Assembly (NCBI GenBank): GCA_951406725.2
Contig: OX597818.1
Location: 106,454,001-106,518,000 of the forward strand
From: Octopus vulgaris
Taxonomy: Eukaryota
Direction of reading: 5' to 3'
DNA: 64,000 nt
Shown here: positions 39,118-52,139 of the stretch, in pieces
Numbering within the stretch: the stretch's first letter is position 1
How the letters are laid out: the number at the start of each line of letters is the position of its first letter
Translations under genes and position numbers: made by a program
Notes under the pieces: model-generated
The model's input: the letters and a program-made list of their open reading frames with translations, nothing else
The model's database searches: none
What the model was told of the DNA's origin: nothing

Positions 39118-39490
39118 TGAAATGCTAAGTGGTATTTTGGCTGTCTTTACGTTCTGAGTTCAAATTCTGCAGAGGTTGACTTTGCTTTTCATCCTTTCGG
39201 GGTCAATAAATTTAATACAGCTGCATACTGGGGTAGATCTAATCGACTAGCCCCCTCCCCACAAATTTCAGGCCTTGTGCCTAGAGTAAAAAAGAATCGT
39301 TAGCCTGCTGGGCAAAATGGTTAATGACATTTCGTCTGTCTTTAGGTTCTAAGTTTGAATTGCACCGAGGTTGACTTTGCCTTTCATTTGTTTGGGGATC
39401 GATAAAATAAGTCCCAGTTGAGTAGAGGGGTTGATACAATTGACTTAACTGATCTCCTAAATTGCTGAACTTGGGCCAAAATTTGAAATC
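39118..39490 (+). mobile_element. Two tandem tRNA-derived SINEs (central domain GAGGTYGACTTTGCCTTTCATCC...GATAAA..AAGTACCAG, MetaSINE-like)
   Basis: GTTCAAATTC B-box followed by the shared central domain, twice; the Meta-domain assignment is from recall and unverified. Confidence 0.8.
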
Positions 39491-39644
39491 AATATTTCGC
39501 TTAGGATTAGCAAGACTAATAACCATGTGTAGAACACAATATATACATGGTCTAGAACACCATGTTATATGAGTATAGAATGGTAATAAAAAACAAAGAG
39601 ATGACATGGAGAAAATACCAAATGTCATGTAATGTACTTCATTA

Positions 39645-39723
39645 GCTTACAGCTGTTTCTGCTATAAGATGTTGTGGACCCTTAGTTGAGTACCAGGATA
39701 TCATCCTATAGCTTCATCAGAGC
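39645..39723 (-). ncRNA. Type I hammerhead ribozyme motif in a PLE-type repeat
   Basis: gct-CTGATGA-a-GCTATAGGATG...CATCTTATAGC-a-GAAAC-AGCT-GTA-agc; 11 bp stem II. Confidence 0.78.
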
Positions 39724-40084
39724 CTTGAGTATGAAATGCACTTCCTTTGAGAAAGTTACATTTTGAGAACATAAAGGTGTTATGAGTGGAAAAGTTTACC
39801 TTGATGGATATGGAAAGTTCTTTGCCAAGGTAGAAAAAAAGTATGCAAATATATGCATGCGCTTAGAGTAGAAATTAAATGGGAGGTATATAGGTAGACA
39901 CACATGCTCCTTCATATACATATAGATATATATGAACATACACATGTATATACACACACACACGTGCATATATACCCCTGAAAACACACACACACACATA
40001 CAGCTATACACAAACGTGCATAGACAGAGAATCACACACACACAGGGAACAGAGACAGGGCAATTTGCATGTGTATTTTTATAT

Positions 40085-40399
40085 AGTCACGTGAAAAGCA
40101 CCATTCGAGCACAGCCATTGCCAGTGCCGCCTGACTGGCGTCCGTGCTGGTGGCATGTAAAAAGCACCATCCAAGTGTGGCTGATGCCAGTACTGCCTGA
40201 CTGACACTCATGCTGGTGGCACACAAAAAAGCAGCCACTACACTCTTGGAATGGTTGGCATCAAGAAGGACATCCAGCTGTAGAAACATTGCCAGATCGG
40301 ATTGCAGCCTGGTGCAGCCTTCTGGCTCACCAGTCCTCAGTCAAACCATCCAATCCATGCCAGCATGAAAAGTGGACATTAAACGACGATGATGATGAT

Positions 40400-40400
<1 letters not shown>
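40085..40400 (+). mobile_element. RTE 3' UTR fragment
   Basis: Family motifs, 3 sub-repeats, tail. Confidence 0.88.
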
Positions 40401-40435
<35 letters not shown>

Positions 40436-40460
40436 ATCATCATCATCGTCGTTAATGTCC

Positions 40461-40492
<32 letters not shown>

Positions 40493-40627
40493 AGATACAA
40501 TGTACATTTTAAACACATGAGGTATCCACTCATGGGATTCAATGCTAGAAAGAACAGCTAGGTTCTATAACCACAAAATTAGGGATAAAATTCGACAGGA
40601 ACAAAATGAAAAAATAAAAACATTTTA

Positions 40628-40700
<73 letters not shown>

Positions 40701-41567
40701 TATATATTTATGTTCATATGTGTCTGAATCTGTGCTATGCAATCATAAATCAACACAGCATAGAAATCTGCATCTTGGTAATGAGACGGACGTCAGACAT
40801 CAACAGATGCCAAATCAAAGTCAATACTGAGATACAACAGAGATAAGTATTGAGAAAATGATGTATACTTAATGCCTGGTGGGTGTAGACATAAATATAG
40901 GTGTGTCTATGGATGTCTCAATATATCTTTATATGGATGTGTGTGTGTGTGTGCGCGCATGTACACATATTCCTGTATATACATATGTGGATGGCTCTAC
41001 ACTATGGATGTACACATCTGTGTTGCTAGATACAGTTAGACGTATGTATAGACATATGTGTGGGTGAACACATATATGTTTGTATATAAATGTGTATGTG
41101 TGGGTAAGTGCATGCATATATATGTGTGTGTGTGTGTGTGTGTTATACGCATGGTAATGCTGTGAGCATGCCGGCTTGCCTCAGTAGGTTCCGTTGAACC
41201 TTGTGGTGTGCGACCATTTGAAGCACTCGGTGCTACATTGATGATATTTTTCTTTCTTGTCTTTCTACCTTTTTATTTGCTTTTTTTTTGCCTTTCTATT
41301 GTACTATATATGTATCATATACATACGTGTTATATGTGTAATAAAATGGTGTATATACGGAAAATAGGAAGAAAGGTTTGTGTGTATGTATATATATTAG
41401 GTCTTAGAAGGATATAAAGGTAGGTATTGTTAGAGAAGCACTCAATCCGTGTTCAGGGCTATCAACACTACTGGATTCCAGGCAAATAGTGAAATTCCTC
41501 AAGTGCAGAAAATCCTGGTTTTGTGATGGTAAAACCATTGTGTGGGTGTAAGGAAGAGTAAGCTATA

Positions 41568-41902
41568 ATCCAAACAGTAAGACAAAGAAACCCTTTAACA
41601 CAGCTTTAATGATTCGCTACAATTGTTTCTGTACCAACTCTGCTTCTAACACAAGTTAATGTAATATTCGAAGAAGTGAAAATTTATGTAATGTTTGCAG
41701 TTTTAAACATTACAGTGATACATCACCACACTTGCATAAAAAGTGTGCTCTTACACTGTGCCACTCTAATGTCTAAAACTGCAAATGATATGTAAATTTT
41801 CACTTTGAACTCTTAAGTAAACTGGTGTTGCAAGCAGAGTTGGTACAGAAATAACTGTAACAAATCATAAAAGATATGTTAAAAGATTCGTCTTATTTGG
41901 AT
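41568..41902. repeat. Diverged long inverted repeat (~145 bp arms) with hammerhead 3' half-sites
   Basis: TACAATTGTTTCTGTACCAACTCTGCTT / AAGCAGAGTTGGTACAGAAATAACTGTA; AAGTGAAAATTTA / TAAATTTTCACTT. Confidence 0.85.
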
Positions 41903-42159
41903 AACACATGCACACAGACACAGAAACACACACACATGCACATACATATATATAGTTGAAATTTATAGAAAAAGAAAGACGAAGACAGGTGTAGGAACAA
42001 CAAGCAAGCAAGTACATTAGTTTGATGCTTCGGGAAAATGGAAAAGTCTTTTACATTTCAAGGCTACACTCTTTGACAGAAACGAATAAGAGGAAATACA
42101 GAGAAAGAAAAGGAAAAAAATATGTTGAGTTCAGTGGGCCAAGATATATACATATATAT

Positions 42160-42322
42160 ATCATCTACATCATCATCATCGTTTAATGTCAGCTTTCATG
42201 CTGGCATGGGTTGGATGGTTCAATTGAGAACTGGCAAGCCAGGAGGCCTCACCAGGCTCCAATCTGATCTGGCAAGGTTTCTACAGCTGGATGCCCTTTC
42301 TAATGCCAACCACTCCGAGAGT
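42160..42322 (-). mobile_element. RTE 3' UTR fragment
   Basis: Family motifs. Confidence 0.85.
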
Positions 42323-42392
42323 TTAGCATATACATAGGATTGTGGGTTAGGACAGTTCCTTTATACAATATATTCTACACAATGTTTCATAG

Positions 42393-42432
<40 letters not shown>

Positions 42433-43489
42433 CATACATACATACATATACATACATATATATATATATACATATATTATATACATACACATGTATATAT
42501 ACACACACACACACACACACACATATAGATATACACACATACACACACACATTTAGGTCAGTGTCCGTTTGTTTTAGTTCTATCCTGATTGCATGGTTGC
42601 TTTATAGTTTTATTGAAGTCTTTTATTATTATCAGTGGATAACATTATTTGAATCATTTACTTATTTTTACATTATATTTTATTTCATTTCTATTTTCGA
42701 TTTTTGATATTACACTACTACCACCACCACTATTACTGCTACTGCTGCTAAAATGTATTGCAACCGAAAGAAATGAAATGGAAATTAAAAAATGAGATAC
42801 TTTTTGACAACTCTGCTTACAAGATACATTTACACCCATGATACACCACAACTGTCTGTACAGCAACCACTCTACTGGAACCATTGCACGATAGGTCAAA
42901 AAGATCATAACGAATAACAAAGAGCTTCGTTAATTCCATTTTCTTTCTCTCTCATATATATATATATATATATTTCATTTTCTTTCTCTCACACACACAC
43001 ACACACGTGGTGGTTTTCTATATAATTCCTGTCAAGTAAATTGCACTCATTAGATATTGGTCAACCAAGGGTTAAAGGGCAGGATTCTTGTCCCAGATTC
43101 CATGTAAAGCATTACCTGCATTCTTTTTCTTGCTGCATTAAACATCCCCAATTTGAAATTTTCTACCTCAGGACAGGTTTTGTATTTGACATTCAAAATG
43201 AAACCATAAGGCATGAACTGAATTTTTATTTCTCAATAAATTCTGATGCCAAAGGATATCATCAAGAACATAGGTGAACCTCTGTTGTGACAGACCTCAC
43301 AACTCATCATCTTCCTCATATCTAAATCTCTAAGGATGACAATTACAGAGTATACAACTTTTCTCATTAGAAATCTGAGGATTCCAAAGAACAAATGATG
43401 AAATAAACACATCTTTTGCTCTAAAGTAAATTACTATTTTAAAATAGTTTGCAATTTGCTGGGAAGCACTTTAGAGTAAAGGGATATTA

Positions 43490-43890
43490 AATGGGTGGTG
43501 ATAAAAGATAATATTATGAGAATTCTCCGCAAGTGTCTCTTGAAATCACTCTGGGGTTGGCTTTGTCTTCTGTCTTTCCAGAATTTATAAAATGCATATC
43601 AGTTAACTACTAAGCTAATTTAATCAACTGTTCCTCCCAACCAAAATAGTGGCCTTGTGCCTAGAAACCAATATTGGTTTCAAATTTTGGCAGAAGGACA
43701 GCAGTTTCGGAGAGCTAGGGTGAGTTGATTACATCGACCCCAGTACTCAACAGGCATATATTTTGTTGACCCAAAAGGATGAAAGACAAAGTTGGCCTCA
43801 GTGGCATTTGAACTCAGAACCTAAAGACAGATGAAATGCCACAAAACATCTTGCCTGGTGTGCAAACAATTCTGGCCCCTCACCACCCTA
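43490..43890. mobile_element. Two SINEs of the GACTTTGCCTTTCATCC family, tail-to-tail
   Basis: A decayed + copy at 43490-43670 and a - copy at 43675-43890 (GGATGAAAGACAAAGTTGGCCTCAGTGGCATTTGAACTCAGAAC). Confidence 0.7.
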
Positions 43891-43917
43891 AAGCTAGAAA
43901 TTAACATTACAAACAAA

Positions 43918-45071
43918 TCATCATCATCATCGTTTAACGTCCGCTTTCCATGCTAGCATGGGTTGGACGGTTCGACTGGGGTCTGGGATGCCAGGAGGCT
44001 GCACCAGGCGAAATCTGATCTGGCAGTGTTTCTACAGCTGGATGCTCTTCCTAATGCCAACCACTCCGAGAGCGTAGTAGGTGCTTTTTACGTGCCACCG
44101 GCACGGAGGCCAGTCTGGGTGGCACTGGCAACGGCCATGTTCGGATGGTTCTTTTATGTGCCACTGGCACTGGTATCACAACTACAATTTCCATTGATTT
44201 TTGAGCGATTTCGATTCCGATTTCACTTGCCTCAACAGGTCTTTGCAAGCAGAGTTTTGTATCCCAAGGAGGAAAGGTATGCATAAGTGGGCTGGCTGCA
44301 TCCTAGGTAGAGGCCACGAGTTATGGCCTCACTTGGTCCTGCTGGGTCTTCTCACGCACAGCATACTTCCAAAGGTCTCGGTCACTAGTCATTGCCTCGG
44401 TGAGACCTAATGTTCAAAGTCGTGCTTCACCACCTTGTCCCAGGTTTTCCTGGGTCTACCTCTTCCACAGGTTCCCTCAACCGCTAGGGTGTGGCACATT
44501 TTCAGACACCTATCTTCATCCATTCTCGCCACATGACCATACCAGTGCAACCGTCTCTCTTGCACACTACAACTGATGCTTCTTAGGTCCAACTTTTCTC
44601 TTAAGGTATTTATACTCTGTCGAGTATGAACACTGACATTACACATCCATCGGAGCATACTGGCTTCATTTCTTGCAAGCTTATGCATATCTTCAGCAGT
44701 CACGGCCCAAGTTTCACTGCCATGTAGCATGGCTGTTCGTACACATGTGTTATACAGTCTGCCTTTTACTCTGAGCGAGTGGCCCTTTGTTACCTGCAGA
44801 TGTAAGATCTCTCTGAACTTTGCCCAGGCTATTCTTACTCTAGCAGTTACACTTTCAGCACACCCTCCCTTCTACTGACTTGGTCACCCAAGTAATGGAA
44901 GCTATCAACTACTTCTAGCTTTTCTCCCTGGAATGTGGTGGAAGTTGTTCTTTGCACATTTTCAGTGTATATTGTTCCTGAGCATCTGCCACATACGAAA
45001 GCTATCTTCCCAGTTAGCCTTCCTTTGACATTGCTGCACCTCTTATGTGTCCATAGCTTACACTTGGTGCA
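43918..45071 (-). mobile_element. RTE LINE 3' 1.15 kb: Cys/His finger, RT motif 7, C-terminal domain, 3' UTR
   Basis: CTKCKLWTHKRCSNVKGRLTGKIAFVCGRC...LEVVDSFHYLGDQ...MLHGSETWA...RRLHWYGHVARM...GRGRPRKTW. Confidence 0.95.
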
Positions 45072-45534
45072 TTGGCTATTTTAATTAATAGTATGCCATT
45101 AGAACAAAATTACAGACAGGCAAAAGATCCTGTGATTTTCCAATGTTGATATAGCAAATAAAGAATAAAGTAAAGAATGAATGTGTGTGTATGTGTGGCG
45201 GGGTGGATATATTTATCAGGGCTCTAAAAAAATAATTCTAGGTTTAGAATTACATAATATTACAAATGTCATAATTTCTTTTAATTTTGTAATCTAATCT
45301 AAACCTTGAAAAATTTTGTAATTTCTTCCGGACAATAAAGTTTTAAAACAAGTTTCCATTTTTTATTTATAATTCTTTTTCCTTTATTTTTATTTTTCTA
45401 GAATGAAGACCTACAATGGAATAGTTATTCAGTTTCAAAGACAAATTCCCTATGATTAGCATTCTGTAATAGGTAAAAACCAATAAATTCAGAGCTTTAA
45501 TGTAGAACTGTCAGTGGCTGGGTCACAGTTCATA

Positions 45535-46400
45535 ACCATCATCATCATTTAACATCTATTTTCCATGCTGGCATGGGTTAGACGGTTTGACAGGAGCTGT
45601 CCAGACTCCAATTGTCTATTGTGGCATGGTTTCTATGGTTGGATGGCCTTCTTAATGCCAACCACTTTACAGAGTGTGCTGAGTGCTTCTTACAAGCCAC
45701 TGGTATGGGTGCGTATATGCAGCACTGGCACAAGTTCCTTTTATGTTCCACCAGCACCTGTAAAGGACCAGCCTGTATGTGTGGTTGACAGGGATTTTAC
45801 TTAGCTTGACATGTCCTCTCAAGTACAGCAAATCATCACAGCTCCCAGTCCCTTGTCACTTCCTCAGTGAGACCCACAGCTTGAAGATCCTTGCTCACCA
45901 TCCCACGTCTTCTTGGATCTACCCCTTCAACAGGTACCCTCTACAACTAGAGCTTGGCACTTCTTTATGCAGCTGTCCTCATCCATAAGCACTACATGAC
46001 CAAACCAACACAGTCTTCTCTCCTGCACAACATCTGATGCCTCTTATACCTGGTTTTCCTCTTAAATCATTTATACTCTGTTGTGTGTGCACACTGACGT
46101 TATCCATCCAGCAGAGCATGCTAGCTTTTTATTTTTTTCAAGCCTTTGCAAGTCCTCTGTAGTCAAAGCCCATGTTTCACTGCTACTTAGCATAGCTGTA
46201 CACACACTTGCATCATACAATCTGCCATCTGCCTTTCATTCTGAAGGAGAGGCCTTTAGTTACCAGCTCTCTGAACTTTGCTCAGCGCATTCTTATTTTA
46301 GCAACTACACTTTCAGAACTTTCTCCTCCACTGCTGACTTGGTCACCTAGGTAACAGAAGCTATCTACTACTTCTAACGAGGGAGTCTTTTAAATGAGGG
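45535..46400 (-). mobile_element. Older RTE LINE 3' fragment
   Basis: Colinear with 43918-45071 (e.g. CTGACTTGGTCACCTAGGTAACAGAAGCTATC). Confidence 0.85.
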
Positions 46401-46560
46401 AGTCTATTGTCTATGAAAAATGTTGACACCTAATATAATAAATTAAAAATTAATATAACAGTTTGTATGTGTAAATTGATAAACAGGCTCTTTCATGACG
46501 TAATTGCCCTATATTTAATGGATAACGAAATAGAATTCATCCATATATACGTATATGTAT

Positions 46561-46612
<52 letters not shown>

Positions 46613-46614
<2 letters not shown>

Positions 46615-46990
46615 GTGCAATGGCCCAGTGGTTAGGGCAATGGACTCGCGGTCGTAGGATCCCGGTTTTGATTCCCGGACAGGGTGTTGTGTTTATTGAG
46701 CGCAAAACACCTAAAGCTCCACGCGGCTCTGGCAGGGGGGTGGGTGGCGAACCCTGCTGTACTCTTTCCCCACAACCTTCTCTCACTCTTTCTTTCTGTT
46801 TCTGTTGTATCTGTATTTCAAAGGGCCAGCCTTGTCACACTCTGTGTCATGCTGAATCTTTCCGAAGAACTACGTTAAGGGTACACATGCCTGTGGAGTT
46901 CTCAGCCACTTGCATATTAATTTCACGAGCAGGCTGTTCTATTGATCAGATCAACAGAAACCCTCATCGTTGTAACCGATGGAGTGCCAT
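46613..46990 (+). mobile_element. tRNA-derived SINE, relatively young
   Basis: GGTGCAATGGCCCAGTGGTTAGGGCA (A box) ... GGTTTTGATTCCC (B-box-like); body shared with 27113-27435. Confidence 0.85.
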
Positions 46991-47030
46991 GACATATATA
47001 CATACATATACATATATATACATGCTTACA

Positions 47031-47065
<35 letters not shown>

Positions 47066-47069
47066 TTAT

Positions 47070-47915
47070 TCTTTATATATATATAAAACTGAGAATGTGT
47101 GTCTGTCTGTCAGTGTGTTTCCCTAAAACTTGAGAACTACACAACAAATTTCATTCAAATTTTACATATGCCTTACTTAGGGTCCGGGGAGTGTCATCGG
47201 CAATTTTAACTTTTTGCCTAGGGCGAGCCCACAGCAATAACATATCTTCTCCACTACGATTCCCTAAAACTTGAGAACTACACAACCAATTTCATTACAC
47301 ATGCCTTACTTAGGGTCCATGTAGTTTCATGGGCAAAAAAAATGTTCAACTTCTTGCCTAGAGCGAGCCCATAGCAATATCATATCTTCTCCACTATTTC
47401 AGTATTACGTGTTAAAAGTGAAACAAATATTTCTCTATTTTATGTCAGATGCTTTCACTTTAACAATAAAAATAATAATAACAATTGAATTATATGTAGT
47501 AAGTAATAATTAAAATCAAACTAAAGTATAATATAAGTAAAAATAGCAATTGGTATAAAATTGCATCAATGATTTGAACTTGAATAAGTGGTTTCACATG
47601 AATGGGAATTAAATTAAAAATAAAATTAGCGTGCAGAAATGGAATAGTCCAGATGGATAATAAAAAATTAAATTAAAGAAAAAACTATTGTCTATAAAGT
47701 ATACAATGTAGAGAAAAAAGAAGAGTTAACAATTCCAGTCTGTTATATATTTTGAGTATTGTCATCACTAGCGATATCAAGATATAACTTTGTATTTTGC
47801 ATTTTATGTGTAGATGTATATATATATAGATGTACATGTAATATGTACACATATATATACACATATATACATGCACTAGCACTATGACCCGGCAACGACA
47901 GGTCTTTAATGCTAG
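47070..47915 (+). mobile_element. Non-autonomous Helitron-like element with internal ~140 bp tandem duplication (47120-47400)
   Basis: Starts TCTTTATATATATATAAAA...(GTCT)n; ends GACCCGGCAACGACAGGTC hairpin and CTAG-t. Confidence 0.7.
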
Positions 47916-47917
47916 TA

Positions 47918-47981
<64 letters not shown>

Positions 47982-48419
47982 GACATAGTTATATATTTAA
48001 CTTAATCAAATTGATTCTATTCAGATGTCACTTAACAACTGATTAATTTTTGAGTGAATAATTAGAATTTTGTTTATCCAAATTCTTGATGGAGAAAACC
48101 TAATTGCATGCAGTGCAAGACCAACTTTTTGGTTAAACATTTTGTTGAAATAACAAATACATCAGTAACATGCTAATGAGAGGATGGATCAGTAGCAGTA
48201 GAGGTGGTAAAGGAGCAGACCAGAGATTTGAAAAAATGACTAGTGTTTACAATAATATAGTTTCAAAAATTTTGTTTCTTCTAACATGAAAATGATGGTT
48301 TCCGAAAGGATCAATAAAATGCAGAAGGATTTTTCACATTCAGTATTAACAATCTGACATCTTTCATTTTTCCAGACAGCTAATTATGATGTACAATAAT
48401 CATATGTGACACAAGCAGG

Positions 48420-48610
48420 AGGTCTTGAATTTGAGAAAGAAGAATAGTTGATTACATTCACTCTAATATATGACTGGTACTTTATTTTATCAAACATCAA
48501 GGTGTGAAAGGTAGAGCTGGATCTTGGTGGGATTTGAACTCAGAGTGCAGACAATCAGAACAAACAATGTGAGACATTATATTCAATACTCCAATGACTC
48601 TGCCAATTAT
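48420..48610 (-). mobile_element. SINE (GACTTTGCCTTTCATCC family), decayed
   Basis: ACTGGTACTTTATTTTATC...GATTTGAACTCAGA. Confidence 0.65.
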
Positions 48611-48835
48611 TTTATAAAGTTTATATAACAACAACAACAATAATAATAATGATAATAATTTGCAACAAAGTCACCAAGTCGACAAGAAATAAGAAAAACA
48701 GCTGTAACCTTGAAAATAATAAGATAGCCATAACTGCAAAAAGGAAGTACAGTTTACAACAGTGCTGCCACCACCACCACCACCACCACTGACAGTAACA
48801 ATGCAAACAAATGATATTAATATTAATAATAATAT

Positions 48836-51800
48836 GCCCAGCGTATGGCATGAAACATCATCCAGTTGTGGCCTCTCGATGTGGGATAAATAAGGTTACT
48901 CTTAACCACAAGTGCTTTCAGGTCACCATTTGGCAAGGTGAAGCCTGTCTCATGGGATGAGAATGTCCCTTTAGCCTTGGTTGGCAATCAAAAGATGGTT
49001 GTCTCTAGAGATGGTGTATCACTAAAATCACCCATGGTGGTGTCACCTTATTACCAGAATCCTCATAAATGAAAATCTCAAATACAAGGTATTATACAAT
49101 GGCATGAATGAGGCTGGAACTGAAAACGGCTTATATGAGGGTAGGTATGGCCTCTCTAAGCCTTGCTTAACAACCCGCCTAGTGATGGTGTCATGATAAA
49201 AATACTGGGGATTGCACAATCTTACAAATGCTACCTCTAAATGAGTTATGTCAAAATCAAATAATATTCACAACTACACTAATGGGACTAGTTAATGGTG
49301 AAGGTGTCATGTCCTGCAGGTAAGGAGTGCCTGATTACACTCTGGCAGGTCATTATCAAGCCATTGATCAGGATCAGAATTGAAAATCAAAAGGGCAAAA
49401 AGAAAAAAATTAAATGGGGAAAAAGAGGTGAACAAATTTCTAATTGAAATTCTGGCTGAGAAATAAGCCAAATAAAAGAGGTTTCATGAAATGAATGAAG
49501 GGAATACTGGATGAAAAAGGAAGAGTTTTTGAAGCATCCACTCAGAAACTGATAGAGCAGGTGAGGGCAATTCATATGAACGACTGGATTACAGGATTAG
49601 AGGTTGAAGAAATTAAGAGAAGAATAAAAAGTGAGAAGGAAGAGTGAGAAACAACATAGCAGAAAGTGGTAATGATGGATTAAAAGATGAAGAATATGAA
49701 AAAGAAGAAGGAAATCATTATGAGCCTGAGATTGCTGATGGAGAAAATAACGAAGACGATCAAGTTGGACAGGTGAGAGTAAATGCTGTAATAAGTTTTG
49801 GATGACAAAGAGGAGATTCTAGGAATGCTGCAAGGTGAAATGTGTGATGGAAACAATGGAGTACCACCAAATGTCAGATATATGAACAGAAGGAAAGTAA
49901 AGAGAGCCACAGCCAAAGGAAATGGTGCTTTGAGCTTGGTTGGCACAGAAAACATCAGTGAAACAAATGTGCTAATCATAGCTGCTGTTAATGCTGTGGC
50001 TGACATACAAGCGGAAAACTGAAGAAATGAAAGGAAATGAAAAGAAAGAACCAAACTGGAGGAAGAGAATATGAATGAAGTTGGAAAAGACAGAGAAAGA
50101 ACTGGGGCAATTGAATCGGATGATGAGAGGAGAGCTGAAGAATAAGGTAGTAATCAGAAAATTGAATGGAGAGTACAGGTAAGAAGAAAGCGGGGAAACA
50201 AACAGCAGAACATGAAGAATTGATACAAAAGGCGACAGCATTAAAGGCCAGACTGAAAGGATATAATGCTAGATGCAAAGGTTTTGAACAGAATGGACTG
50301 TTTCAGTCAAATAGAAGGCATCTGTTTGAGGAAATAGAGGGGGACCAACATCAAGAAATAACTCCTGATGCAGAAGAAAGCAAAATAATTTGGGAAGCAA
50401 AATAGAACAGGACAGTGAAACAGAAAACGCAGAGTGGCTAATACAGGTGGAAAGAATTTGCAACAGTGCCAAGACAAAAGGACATCAAAATCGATCTATA
50501 TACAGTGAGACTGAAGTTAAAAAAATATAGCAAATTGCAAAAGACCTGGCTCAGATGGAGTGCAAGGCTACTTGCTGAAGAAGTTTACACAGTCGCATGA
50601 AAGGATCACTGCATAACTGGATGAATGCCTGCAGGATGGTCACATCCTTACCTGGATGACAAGTAGTCAAACACTACTATATCTCAAGGATCTCTTGAAA
50701 GTAACTTGGCATCAAATTTCTGACCCATAACCTGTTTACCACTCATGTGGAAGCTTATTACTGGTGTCTTGATAGGAAAGCTATATAATCATTTCGAAAG
50801 TAACAATCTGCTTTCAGAAGAGCAGAGAGGATGCAGCAAACAAAGTGGGGCAACAAAAGACTATTTATTAGATGATAAAAATGATAATTAGAAATTGCAG
50901 ACACAGATTGATGGGACTGACTGTAGTTTGGGTAGATTACAACAGAACATATGACATGGTACCACACAGCTGGATAAGTAAAACAATGTTTGGAGTGGCA
51001 GAGAATATAGAGAAAATGGTTAATGAAAGTATGAAACATTGGAAGAGGCTTAATTGGTGTTGACGAATGTGTACAGATGAAATGAAAAAGCCTACTAGAA
51101 TATTTACAGAACAGCACAGAGAAACTACTAAAGACAAGGAATAAGGAACAAGAGGTCAAGTGTGGAATAGGAGAAAAGGAAGGACAAGAATGAAATTCAA
51201 AAAGAAGATGTTAGATTGAAGAGAAACCTCTGCATGGTCAATTTTGGAGAGCCACTGACGATACATGTGGGACAAAATCCTGGGCTTAGTTAAGAAAAGG
51301 GCAATTAAAAAAAGAAACAGAGAGCCTAATTGTAGCAGCCCAGGGACCAAGTGATAAAGATAAACAACTTGAGGCAAAATGTATATGGGGAGAATGTGTC
51401 AGTAAAATATAGAACCTGCAGAACTTGGAATGAGACACAAGGCACACACTGTTGCAGAATGTCCCAAGTTGGCTCAGGAAGAATATAACAAATGGAGGCA
51501 TGACCAAGTTGTGAAAGTTTTACACTGGAAGCTTTGTCAGAAATGGCGATTTGGAGCTGGAGATACATGATATGAACATCAGTTCAAAAAAGTGTTGAAG
51601 TCAGAGGATTCTAAGAGTCTGTGGGACTTTCCTGTTCAAACAGACAGGAAGCTAGAAAATAAATAGGCCAAACATAACAATGATAGACAAGGAAAAGTGA
51701 AGTTGCCTGCTAATAATTGATCCATGATGTCCATTTAATTCCAGGATTGTAAAGAAAGAAGGTAGAAAACAAATAAAATCCAATCCCTTAAAATTTGAAA

Positions 51801-52075
51801 TTACAAGAATCTGGAATATGAAAATTGTAAAGGATGTACCTATAATAATTGGTGCATTGAGAACCGTAAGATATAGACAGATGGCTGAAGGAGATTGGAA
51901 TAGAATGCTCTGTGGAGCTTCTACAAAAAGTTTGCCTCTTAGGAACAGGGAAAATAACCAGGTGGGTCTTAAGCACTTGGATGACTATTGGAAGATTGCG
52001 GATACCTAAGGTTACCAGCAGTTACCTGCTATCCACATATATTCTACCAGGAATAAGAATGAGCTTGAGACAAAT
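48836..52075 (+). mobile_element. R4/Dong-type LINE, probably retaining its 5' end, with an internal RT deletion
   Basis: N-terminal KW..EVNKFLIE...KRGFMK...STQKLIEQVRAIHMNDWITGLEVEEIK; [36 protein letters not shown], then a jump to ETESLIVAAQ, RHDQV, LWDFPVQTDRKL, PIIIGAL; (AAT)n on both flanks. Confidence 0.88.
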
Positions 52076-52139
52076 CGATGATGATGATGAGGATGATGAT
52101 GATAATAATAATAATTATAATAATAATCATTTCGAGCTG

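Noticed and set aside
42045-42082. Minus-strand hammerhead-like TGTCAAAGAGTGTAGCCTTGAAATGTAAAAG
   Set aside because: Too many core deviations in this copy to call.
45402-45471. Strong acceptor and donor pair suggesting an exon
   Set aside because: Stops in all three frames; no evidence for a non-coding exon.
46613-46685. tRNA gene
   Set aside because: Only A/B boxes with no complete cloverleaf; continues into a SINE body shared with 27113-27435.
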